64,000 nt of DNA from Candidatus Nanopelagicales bacterium (lineage in GTDB: Bacteria; Actinomycetota; Actinomycetes; S36-B12): assembly GCA_018609125.1 (NCBI GenBank), contig JABAYF010000003.1, forward strand, positions 8,879-72,878. Reading direction: 5' to 3'. The first letter of the stretch is position 1; each line of letters starts with the position of its first letter. The notes beneath the pieces are model-generated. The model was not told the origin of the DNA. It did not search any database and saw only the letters and a program-made list of their open reading frames with translations. Below are positions 10,240-19,120 of this stretch, one piece after another. The position numbers and the translations under genes are program-made.

Positions 10240-11532
10240 CTAAACCGAACGCTTGTTCGACCGTGGTCGACACGCCGTGGTGAAAATCGCCAATCCGATC
10301 ACTGGGATAGCCGCAGCGATGCACAGCACCGAATAGGAACTCAGCCACACGATCAGTCCAGCCGCCGCACCCCCCACCGCTCCGGCCACATTCATCACCA
10401 GGTCACTTAAGCCTTGAACGCTCGGGCGTTCCTGCGGTGCGATGCCATCGACGAGAAGAGTCGAGCCCGCAATGAGCGTGCATGACCAACCCAGACCCAA
10501 CAAAAACAGACCAATACCCAACGTAACGATGTCGTCACCGGCGGCAACCCCGGCGAAGGCACACGAGGCGAGCAAAATCACAACGCCGGTGTAAATAACC
10601 GGAATGCGCCCAAACCGGTCGACTGCCCAGCCCACCACCGGAGATAACGCGTACATGCCGGCGACATGCACGCTGATGATGAGCCCAATGAGCTGCAAGG
10701 TGACATCAACGTGGGCCATGTGAATGGGGGTCATCACCATGACGCTCACCATGGCCACGTGACCGATCGCAATGGTGGTCATTCCCAGTAGGGCAGAGCG
10801 ACTGGTGCGCAGATGGGCAATGCCATCGCGCAATCGTGGGCGCGCCACCTCTGCTGCGGCGATCGCACTGGCCTGGGCCGCACGCGCTCGTGCCAGCACA
10901 TAGGGATCGGGGCGCAAAAAGAACAGCAGCACCGCGGCGGCGCCGGCTAAGGCAAGACCACCCACGAGATAGGGCCCGGCGAGTTGGGGTAGCCCCAGAG
11001 CCATACCGAGTCGACCACTGACCTCGAGCAAATTCGGGCCCAGCACCGCGCCGACCGTGCCCGCCCACACCACAATCGATAGCGAGCGACCGCGAGCGTT
11101 CTCCGGCGCTAAATCTGTTGCGGCGTAACGTGCCTGATAGCCAGCCGCTGAAGCGACCCCCACGAGCAAGCATCCCAGGTACACCAGCGGGAGCGACCAC
11201 CACAGCGCACCGGAGATCACCACGAGACAACCCAGTGCCCCCACACCGTAGCCGGTGGCCAGCGATGCACGCCGGCCGCGCGTGAGCGCCAATCGCGCGA
11301 GGGGAAGGGCCATAATCGCCGCGCCCAGCACCCCGAAGGTTTGGGCAAGGCCAGCAGCTCCCTCGCTACCGGAAACACCTGCGGCGATGAGGGCTCCGGC
11401 GGCAACAGATCCAGCTACCGCCAGGCTGCCCAGTACCTGTCCAGAACTCAGGATCGCCACGGAGCGACGCTGAATCGAAGCAACGTCATCTAGTGACAGA
11501 CACGCAACGGCCTCGGGCTCAACTGCGGTCAT
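10240..11532 (-). CDS. MFS transporter
   Basis: 430 aa, about 12 predicted TM helices, and the MFS loop motif LTRGRRASL between TM2 and TM3. Confidence 0.8.
   Translation of the reverse strand: MTAVEPEAVACLSLDDVASIQRRSVAILSSGQVLGSLAVAGSVAAGALIAAGVSGSEGAAGLAQTFGVLGAAIMALPLARLALTRGRRASLATGYGVGALGCLVVISGALWWSLPLVYLGCLLVGVASAAGYQARYAATDLAPENARGRSLSIVVWAGTVGAVLGPNLLEVSGRLGMALGLPQLAGPYLVGGLALAGAAAVLLFFLRPDPYVLARARAAQASAIAAAEVARPRLRDGIAHLRTSRSALLGMTTIAIGHVAMVSVMVMTPIHMAHVDVTLQLIGLIISVHVAGMYALSPVVGWAVDRFGRIPVIYTGVVILLASCAFAGVAAGDDIVTLGIGLFLLGLGWSCTLIAGSTLLVDGIAPQERPSVQGLSDLVMNVAGAVGGAAAGLIVWLSSYSVLCIAAAIPVIGLAIFTTACRPRSNKRSV
10245..10260 (-). promoter_or_regulatory. LexA SOS (Cheo-type) box
   Basis: CCGAACGCTTGTTCGA matches the actinobacterial TCGAAC-N4-GTTCGA at 15 of 16 positions. 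It lies 133-148 nt upstream of recA, inside the last codons of the MFS gene. Confidence 0.7.
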
Positions 11533-11541
11533 ATCGCGAGG

Positions 11542-11736
11542 CTAGCGCAGCAGGGAGGGCACATCGGCTACCCCGCACACCGCTCGCCAGATCTCCTTCG
11601 TATCGATTCCCGCATCAATGGCTTGATAGACCGAGCGCTGACCGAGGGCACTCATGACATGATCATGTGCCCAGGAGCGGGCATATTCTGGACCGAACAC
11701 AGCGTCCATCCGTTCCCAGAAGTCGGTCAGCCGCAT
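11542..11736 (-). CDS. DUF3046 small protein (usual upstream partner of actinobacterial recA)
   Basis: MRLTDFWERMDAVFGPEYARSWAHDHVMSALGQRSV... (64 aa). Start set at ATG 11736, because the longer ORF (to 11892) would run through the lhr start. Confidence 0.7.
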   Translation of the reverse strand: MRLTDFWERMDAVFGPEYARSWAHDHVMSALGQRSVYQAIDAGIDTKEIWRAVCGVADVPSLLR

Positions 11737-11776
11737 GCCCGCAGTCTGCCCGATGGTCCAAGTGGAAGGGAGCCTC

Positions 11777-14700
11777 GTGTCCGACTCCCCCGATTCGGCA
11801 GTGTTGAACCTGTTCAGCGCACCCACTGCGGCCTGGTTTGATCGATCCTTCCCCGCCCCCACGTTGGCCCAGGTTGGCGCGTGGCGAGCCATCGCTGCCG
11901 GTCACGATGTTCTTGTCGTTGCCCCCACCGGTTCCGGTAAAACCCTCGCGGCATTTCTGTGGGCCCTTGATCAAGGCGTACGCCGGTCACTTCAGGCCAC
12001 CGATCCACCCCCGCAACGCCGCCGAACGCTCTACATTTCGCCACTGAAGGCCCTCGCCAGCGATATCGAACGGAACCTGCGCTCACCGCTGGTCGGAATC
12101 GGTCAGGCTGCGGCCCAACTCGACCTCGCACTGCCCGACATGACGGTGGGGATACGTACCGGTGATACCCCACCCGATGAGCGTCGTCGGCAGATGCGAA
12201 ACCCACCCGATGTGTGGATCACTACGCCTGAGTCGCTCTTTCTTCTCATGACTTCGGCAGCCCGCGATGCACTCATTGACGTTGACACGATCATCATCGA
12301 CGAGATTCATGCCATTGCCGGCACGAAACGTGGGGCGCACCTCGCCCTCACCATCGCTCGGCTTGAAGAGTTCATTGGCCGCCATCATCCCGATCGACGG
12401 TTGCAGCGCATCGGCCTGTCCGCCACGGCGAGACCCGTCGCTGACATCGCGCAGTTTCTGGCGCCACCCCGCGCGGATTCCAACTCAGATACCGTGATCG
12501 TGCAGCCAGAGTCGGTCAAAGCCTGGAACATCAAGGTCGTGGTCCCCGTGCCAGACATGGCAGACCTCGGCGCCACCGTGGAATCTTTTGACGGTTCGGC
12601 AGCGGGTGAATCAGCGCCTACGTCACTGTGGCCGCACGTGGAAGAACGACTTGTGGACCTCATTGCGCAACGCCAGGCCACCTTAGTATTCGTCAACTCA
12701 CGTCGCCTTGCCGAGCGACTCACCGCACGGCTCAATGAGGTGTGGCAAATACGAAATGACAGCACCGACCTGATCGCCCGGGCCCATCACGGTTCGGTCA
12801 GCAAGGACCAGCGCCGGCTCATTGAAGAAGATCTCAAGGCCGGTCGCCTACCCGCCGTTATCGCAACCTCCAGCATGGAGTTGGGGATCGATATGGGTTC
12901 CATCGATCTGGTCGTACAGGTGGAATCCCCACCCAGCGTTGCCAGCGGACTTCAACGAATCGGTCGAGCCGGACACCAGGTGGGCGCAACCAGTTACGGC
13001 GTTTTCTTTCCGAAGTATCGCGGTGACCTCGTGCACACCGCGGTGGTAACCGAACGGATGCAGGCCGGTGACATCGAGGCATTGTCGATCCCACGAAACC
13101 CCCTCGACGTTTTGGCCCAGCAGGTCATCGCTGCGGTCGCGATGGACACCTGGATCAGCACCGACCTGCTCGCGGTGATGCGTCGCGCAGCACCGTTTAG
13201 TCAACTGGGTGATCGTGCTTGGGAAGCGACCCTGGATATGTTGGCCGGTCGCTACCCCAGCGATGATTTCGCCGAACTTCGTCCACGACTTGTTTGGGAC
13301 CGGATCGCCGACACCTTGACCGCGCGACCAGGCGCCCAGCGCTTAGCCGTCACGAGTGGTGGAACGATCCCCGATCGAGGCCTCTTCACCGTTTATCTGA
13401 TGGGCACTACCAATCGGGTAGGTGAACTCGACGAGGAAATGGTCTATGAATCGCGGGTGGGTGATGTCTTTAGTCTGGGTGCCACGAGTTGGCGGATCGA
13501 AGAAATCACACACGATCGTGTCTTCGTATCACCGGCTGTCGGACAGGTCGGCCGACTACCTTTTTGGCGCGGGGATCGACCAGGACGCCCACTCGAACTA
13601 GGCATCGCAATTGGTGAATTTCTACGCACCCTCGACGTGTCGGTCGCTGCAGAAAGCACAGCTACAAAACGACTTTCCGACGCAGGTCTAGATGATTTTG
13701 CGCGTCGCAATCTTCTCGCATACTTGGCTGAACAACGCGCTGCAACCGGAGTCCTCCCCAGCGATACCTCAATCGTGGTGGAAAGGTTTCGTGATGAGTT
13801 GGGAGACTGGCGCATCGTGGTGCACTCACCCTTCGGAGCCCAGGTGCACGCTCCTTGGGCGCTCGCACTCGGCGCTCGATTGCGAGCAGAATTTGATGTG
13901 GAACCCCAAATCATGCATGCCGATGACGGCATCGTACTTCGTCTACCCGACACGATGGATGATGCAGCACCCAGGGCCATTGCCGACCTGGTGATGCTTG
14001 ACCCCGATGAAATTGACGCGCTTGTCACATCTTCCATCGGTAGTTCGGCACTGTTTGCCGGGCGATTTCGCGAGTGCGCTGCCCGAGCTTTGTTGCTACC
14101 CCGACGCAATCCTGGCAAGCGCAGCCCACTGTGGCAGCAACGACAGCGCTCCGCCCACCTGCTCAGCGTGGCGTCGCGCTATCCGGACTTTCCCATCGTG
14201 CTCGAAACCGTACGCGAATGCTTACAGGATGTATTCGATCTCACCGGCCTGCGCAAAATTTTGACCGACATTGCGCAGCGCAAGATCACCGTCGTTGACG
14301 TGGAATCCCAGCAACCGTCGCCTTTCGCCCAATCCCTCCTTTTCGGTTATGTCGCAGAGTTTCTCTACGATGGTGATGCGCCGCTAGCTGAAAGACGCGC
14401 TGCTGCCCTCACCCTGGACACGGGGTTGCTCGCCGAGCTCATGGGTCAGTCCGAACTTCGTGATCTCCTTGACTCCGAGGTCATCGCACATGTCATTGCA
14501 CGCGTGGGTAGGCATAGCCCTCCTCCACGACACGCTGAGGACGTAGCCGATTTGTTGCGCCTGGTGGGCCCCATCTCCGTTTCCGACGCACATTTACGTC
14601 AGATACCCACCGACTGGCTCACACACCTGGTAGCTACCCGGCGCGCAATAAAGGTACGCGTGGGCGGTCACGATCATTTCGCCGCCATTGAAGATGCGGC

Positions 14701-16342
14701 TCGGCTCCGAGATGCGTTGGGCGTAGCGCTTCCCGTCGGCATTCCCGATGCATTCTTGACCTCGGTTGATAAACCACTTCAGGATCTACTACTGCGCTAC
14801 GCAAGAACCCACGGACCCTTCAGCGCCCTCCAGGTAGCCACAGCTTTTGGTCTCGGCGAACATGTTGCCGAACGCGCTCTGGCCGAGCAGGTCGCGCAGG
14901 GCCGGCTGCTGGAGGGTGATTTCACGCCGGGGCGCATCGGAACCGAATGGTGTGATGCTGATGTTCTTCGTCAGATTCGTCGAGGTACCGTTGCGGCGCT
15001 ACGCAGCGAAGCAGAACCCGTTCCACCGCAGATATTTGCGCGATTTTTACCGGCATGGCAGGGGATCTCCACACCCCAGCGAGGCGTAGATGCGCTGTTG
15101 CGCGCCCTAGAGTTGCTTGCCGGGGTGTCTCTTCCCGCATCACAATTGGAGACTCTGATCCTGCCCCAGCGGGTGAAGGACTATCGCGTGGGCGACCTTG
15201 ATGCCCTGCTGTCGACCGGAGAGGTCGTGTGGTGGGGCGTGGGTGCCCTGCCGGGCGGTGATGGTTGGCTTCGTCTCGCACCCGCTGACCTCGCCGCCCC
15301 ATTGCTGCCACAAGCCCCGCCACCGATCGGCTTGGCGGGTCGAGCATTGGCCGCACTTCATGAGCGCGGTGCCCAATTCTTCCGCCCCCTGTGGGAATAC
15401 CTGAGTGCCGCAGAATCCGTCAGTGACACAGAACTTGAAGTTGCACTGTGGCAATTGGTGTGGGGCGGCCACATCACAAATGACACCCTGGCACCGCTAC
15501 GCGTGCACCTGAGTCATCCCAAGAAAAAATCTTCCCGCGCTTCCACTAAGTCGATTCATGCCATACCCGGCACCACACCCACACCCGCTCTCGCGGCACG
15601 CTCGCGCAGCGGACGCACTCGCCCCCGCACCGCACGCTTGCGCGCAGGTCGTGGCCCGACCGCCAACGGCCCCGCCAGTATGGCCGGGCGATGGTCTGCC
15701 TTAGGCCCAATCAGCACCGATCCCACCGAAAGGCTCCTCGCCAAATGCGAAGCCATTGTTGAGCGATACGGGATCGCAACCCGAAATATCGTTGCCGCTG
15801 AGGATGTAACCGGTGGATTCGCGGCTGCGTATCGAGTGTTTTCGTCGATGGAAGAAGCTCAACTGTTGCGACGCACCTACGCGATCGAAGGTCTCGGGGC
15901 CGCCCAGTTCGCCGTTCCCGGTGCGGTAGATCGTCTCCGCCAAATGGCGACCGCAGATACACCGGGCGATTCACCCACGTCGTACACGCTTGCCGCCGCC
16001 GACGTGGCACAGCCCTACGGAGCAGCACTCCCCTGGCCGCAGCTCCCCGGTGCGCGACCATCACGTGCGGCTGGTGCCTTAGTAACGATGACGGACGGAT
16101 GCCTGGTGTGGCATCTGGAGCGCGGCCTACGGACCATGTCGTCGTGGACCCATCCAGAAGCAGTACTTCGCAGCGCAGCCAAATCTTTGGCCGCCGGTCT
16201 CAGCCAACTGGACAGAAGATGCGTCATCGTGCGCATCAATGGATCTTCAGTTGGCGAACTCATCAATGACCCGGTTGTTGAAGCACTTCTCAGCGCCGGT
16301 TTTGTGCGAACCCCACGCGGCATCAGCCTGTATCGATCCTAG
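11777..16342 (+). CDS. lhr: Lhr-family ATP-dependent DNA helicase (large helicase-related protein)
   Basis: APTGSGKT (motif I), IIIDEIH (DExH), about 1520 aa with the long Lhr C-terminal extension. GTG 11777 is preceded by GGAAGGGAG. Confidence 0.9.
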   Translation: MSDSPDSAVLNLFSAPTAAWFDRSFPAPTLAQVGAWRAIAAGHDVLVVAPTGSGKTLAAFLWALDQGVRRSLQATDPPPQRRRTLYISPLKALASDIERNLRSPLVGIGQAAAQLDLALPDMTVGIRTGDTPPDERRRQMRNPPDVWITTPESLFLLMTSAARDALIDVDTIIIDEIHAIAGTKRGAHLALTIARLEEFIGRHHPDRRLQRIGLSATARPVADIAQFLAPPRADSNSDTVIVQPESVKAWNIKVVVPVPDMADLGATVESFDGSAAGESAPTSLWPHVEERLVDLIAQRQATLVFVNSRRLAERLTARLNEVWQIRNDSTDLIARAHHGSVSKDQRRLIEEDLKAGRLPAVIATSSMELGIDMGSIDLVVQVESPPSVASGLQRIGRAGHQVGATSYGVFFPKYRGDLVHTAVVTERMQAGDIEALSIPRNPLDVLAQQVIAAVAMDTWISTDLLAVMRRAAPFSQLGDRAWEATLDMLAGRYPSDDFAELRPRLVWDRIADTLTARPGAQRLAVTSGGTIPDRGLFTVYLMGTTNRVGELDEEMVYESRVGDVFSLGATSWRIEEITHDRVFVSPAVGQVGRLPFWRGDRPGRPLELGIAIGEFLRTLDVSVAAESTATKRLSDAGLDDFARRNLLAYLAEQRAATGVLPSDTSIVVERFRDELGDWRIVVHSPFGAQVHAPWALALGARLRAEFDVEPQIMHADDGIVLRLPDTMDDAAPRAIADLVMLDPDEIDALVTSSIGSSALFAGRFRECAARALLLPRRNPGKRSPLWQQRQRSAHLLSVASRYPDFPIVLETVRECLQDVFDLTGLRKILTDIAQRKITVVDVESQQPSPFAQSLLFGYVAEFLYDGDAPLAERRAAALTLDTGLLAELMGQSELRDLLDSEVIAHVIARVGRHSPPPRHAEDVADLLRLVGPISVSDAHLRQIPTDWLTHLVATRRAIKVRVGGHDHFAAIEDAARLRDALGVALPVGIPDAFLTSVDKPLQDLLLRYARTHGPFSALQVATAFGLGEHVAERALAEQVAQGRLLEGDFTPGRIGTEWCDADVLRQIRRGTVAALRSEAEPVPPQIFARFLPAWQGISTPQRGVDALLRALELLAGVSLPASQLETLILPQRVKDYRVGDLDALLSTGEVVWWGVGALPGGDGWLRLAPADLAAPLLPQAPPPIGLAGRALAALHERGAQFFRPLWEYLSAAESVSDTELEVALWQLVWGGHITNDTLAPLRVHLSHPKKKSSRASTKSIHAIPGTTPTPALAARSRSGRTRPRTARLRAGRGPTANGPASMAGRWSALGPISTDPTERLLAKCEAIVERYGIATRNIVAAEDVTGGFAAAYRVFSSMEEAQLLRRTYAIEGLGAAQFAVPGAVDRLRQMATADTPGDSPTSYTLAAADVAQPYGAALPWPQLPGARPSRAAGALVTMTDGCLVWHLERGLRTMSSWTHPEAVLRSAAKSLAAGLSQLDRRCVIVRINGSSVGELINDPVVEALLSAGFVRTPRGISLYRS

Positions 16343-16353
16343 AAGCTGTAGCG

Positions 16354-16620
16354 CTAGGCCGCGCGCACAACCGCAACCCGGCTACGTTCCGCCGCGCTCA
16401 CATCCGCAGAGACACACAGCAACACATCGGACAAATCTACGTGGAGCGCAGCGCAAATAGCGCCGAGCAACTCAGAGGAAGCTTCCTTGTGCCCACGTTC
16501 TATCTCCGACAGGTAACCTAGGGACACCTGCGCAGCACCGGACACATCACGAAGCGTGCGCCCGGAGGCCAGGCGGCGTGAGCGCAAATGCTTGCCCAGG
16601 GAGTGGCGAAACAAAATCAC
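16354..16620 (-). CDS. clgR: XRE-family HTH regulator, ClgR-like
   Basis: [42 protein letters not shown] is the ClgR/PopR hallmark. Conserved position next to cinA-pgsA, as with Rv2745c. Confidence 0.65.
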   Translation of the reverse strand: MILFRHSLGKHLRSRRLASGRTLRDVSGAAQVSLGYLSEIERGHKEASSELLGAICAALHVDLSDVLLCVSADVSAAERSRVAVVRAA

Positions 16621-16647
16621 ACCCTCACAGTACCTTGCTCGTGGCTC

Positions 16648-17157
16648 TCACGCCTTGTTCAATGCATCCCGTGTCACAATTCCTTCGAGAAGGGTCAGCG
16701 CCCAAAGCACGGCATCGTCGCGGATCTGCCCCCGAGAGCCGGTGAGTTGCACCCGTTCCACCACGCAACTGTCCGGCCCGGATACCGCGATAAACACCTC
16801 ACCGGGCTCGATAGCGGGCAGTGCGCCACCGGGCGCCGGGTCAGGTCCGGCTGACCCGGTCGTTGCCAAGACGTAGTCAGCATTGAGCAGAGCACGCGCA
16901 CCCAGCGCCATCTCTTCGGCGACGCGAGCATCAACGGCACCAACCTGTGTCAGCAGATCACTAGACACGCCCAGGACCCGATCCTTGACCTCGATGGAAT
17001 AGGCCACGACACCGCCGCGAACTACCGGTGACGCACCCGGAATCGAGGTGAGGTGAGCCGCAATGAGACCGCCGGTCAGTGATTCAGCGGTTCCCACCTG
17101 GGCATCCATCGCTTGCAACGCGGTGATGATGGATTGGGCAAGCTCGTCAGGTTTCAT
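16648..17157 (-). CDS. cinA: CinA-family protein (PncC-type nicotinamide-nucleotide amidase domain only)
   Basis: AESLTGGLIAAHLTSIPGASPVVRGGVVAYS motif. 169 aa. Confidence 0.8.
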   Translation of the reverse strand: MKPDELAQSIITALQAMDAQVGTAESLTGGLIAAHLTSIPGASPVVRGGVVAYSIEVKDRVLGVSSDLLTQVGAVDARVAEEMALGARALLNADYVLATTGSAGPDPAPGGALPAIEPGEVFIAVSGPDSCVVERVQLTGSRGQIRDDAVLWALTLLEGIVTRDALNKA

Positions 17158-17756
17158 GCGGGTTGACCGCGGCGTAGTCGCCAGGCACGCACGAGGTAGT
17201 CCAACCCGGTGGCTAGAGTGAGTGCCACAGCGATCGCCATCGCGGTGACCTTGATTGGCTCAGCCACGACCGCCAATGGCATGAGGTAGAGGGAAATCGC
17301 CAGGATCTGCATCACCGTCTTGGCCTTACCGCCACGAGTTGCCGGGATTACCCCGTGACGCAGCACCGCGAAGCGGACGACGGTGATGCCTATCTCTCGG
17401 CTAAGAATCACCACGGTCACCCACCAGGGCAGTTCACCCAGATAGGACAGGCCGACTAACGCAACGCCGGTGATGGCCTTATCTGCGATGGGGTCGGCAA
17501 TTTTGCCCAGCGTCGTGACCGCATTACGTTTTCGTGCCAGAGCTCCATCAGCGAAATCAGTGAACGCCGCCACCAAAAACACCACGACCGCCCACCAACG
17601 TTGGGTTGTCGAATCAGCCCCGGAGCTAAAGAGCAGCCACGCCAGAACAGGTACCAGCAACAGGCGCACCAGGGTTAATGCATTGGGCAGGGTCCATACA
17701 CGTTGTGCCCCAACCGGATCGGCCACATGATCTGGCGTCTGGAACCCCCGAGTCAT
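17154..17756 (-). CDS. pgsA: CDP-diacylglycerol--glycerol-3-phosphate 3-phosphatidyltransferase
   Basis: CDP-alcohol phosphotransferase motif DFADGALARKRNAVTTLGKIADPIADK. Confidence 0.85.
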   Translation of the reverse strand: MTRGFQTPDHVADPVGAQRVWTLPNALTLVRLLLVPVLAWLLFSSGADSTTQRWWAVVVFLVAAFTDFADGALARKRNAVTTLGKIADPIADKAITGVALVGLSYLGELPWWVTVVILSREIGITVVRFAVLRHGVIPATRGGKAKTVMQILAISLYLMPLAVVAEPIKVTAMAIAVALTLATGLDYLVRAWRLRRGQPA

Positions 17757-19093
17757 GACCGGGCAACTAGATCTGGTCCATCCGTGGCGATCACCGATCC
17801 GTGCACGAAAGAGCCAACCGGTGCGTGCAGATCAGGGAAGACCGTGCGTGCATCCTCTGGGCCCTGATGGTCTGCTCGGCCCACGGTGACGCCATCGTCA
17901 ACGGACTCAACCAACATCCGCACGTGCTCACCGATGCGGTCCTCAGCACGCTGTACAACGCATTCGTCGACCAGTGCCGAAATGTGATGCACGCGTTCAG
18001 CGATCTCGTGTTCGGATACATGGCCGGGTAGATCAACCGCGGCCGTGCCGTCCTCATCGGAATAGCCGAAGACCCCGATCGCATCAAGGCGGCCTTCGGT
18101 GATGAAGTCAGCGAGGATGTCCAAATCACTCTCCGTCTCACCTGGAAAACCGACAATGACGTTACTTCGCACCCCAGCGGTTGGCGCAAGTTCACGAATT
18201 CGCCCCAGCAGGGCAAGGAAATCGTCGATTCCGCCAAAGCGCTTCATGCTGCGCAGGAGGCCCGGTGCGGCATGTTGAAACGACAGGTCAAAATAAGGCG
18301 CGACGCCAGGAGTGTTCGCGATGACCTGCTCTAGGGATGGCCGCATCTCAGCGGGCTGCAGATAGCTCACGCGTACCCGCTCAATTCCGGGAACCGCACC
18401 AAGTTCGGTCAATAAGGTTTCCAGGAGCCGAAGATCACCGAGGTCCTTGCCATAACTCGTGGAGTTCTCACTCACCAGCAGAACTTCGCGTGCACCCTGT
18501 TGGGCCACCTGCTGAACTTCGTGGAGCACATCGGAGGGCCTTCGCGAGGTAAACGCTCCTCGAAAACTTGGGATCGCACAAAACGTGCAGCGCCGATCAC
18601 AGCCAGAAGCGAGTTTGACGGCAACGAATGCATCGGTCACCGTGCGGGCGAGACCGGCCGTGCCCGGTACACCATCGACGCTGCGCTCAACCGGTGACAG
18701 GGGCAGGAGCAGGCGACGGTCGCGCGGGACATGTGAGGGCACTGCGTCACCGCGCAGCACCTGGTCTACCACCGACGAAATCGACGTGTAGGCATCAAAA
18801 CCCACCACGGCGGCTGCCTCAGGTAGTTCAGCAGCTAGATCGCGGCCGTAGCGTTCGGCCATGCAGCCGGTGACGATGACCGGGGCGTGGTCGGCGGCGG
18901 ACAGAACCGTGTCGATGGAGTCCTTCTTGGCGCTGGCAACGAAAGCGCACGTGTTGACCAGTATCGCGTCGGCCCCCGACTCATCGTCGGTGACCTCCCA
19001 GCCGTCAGCCGTGAGACGGGCACGCAGTTCATCGCTGTCGACATCGTTGCGCGAACAACCCAGCGTCGTCAGTGCAAGGCGGCCACGGGTCAC
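17753..19093 (-). CDS. rimO: ribosomal protein S12 methylthiotransferase
   Basis: LTTLGCSRNDVDSDEL N-terminal domain and radical-SAM CDRRCTFCAIP. Conserved position between pgsA and ftsK. Confidence 0.85.
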   Translation of the reverse strand: MTRGRLALTTLGCSRNDVDSDELRARLTADGWEVTDDESGADAILVNTCAFVASAKKDSIDTVLSAADHAPVIVTGCMAERYGRDLAAELPEAAAVVGFDAYTSISSVVDQVLRGDAVPSHVPRDRRLLLPLSPVERSVDGVPGTAGLARTVTDAFVAVKLASGCDRRCTFCAIPSFRGAFTSRRPSDVLHEVQQVAQQGAREVLLVSENSTSYGKDLGDLRLLETLLTELGAVPGIERVRVSYLQPAEMRPSLEQVIANTPGVAPYFDLSFQHAAPGLLRSMKRFGGIDDFLALLGRIRELAPTAGVRSNVIVGFPGETESDLDILADFITEGRLDAIGVFGYSDEDGTAAVDLPGHVSEHEIAERVHHISALVDECVVQRAEDRIGEHVRMLVESVDDGVTVGRADHQGPEDARTVFPDLHAPVGSFVHGSVIATDGPDLVARS

Positions 19094-19120
19094 CGGTACA
19101 GCCTAGGTGCTGGCTGAGAA

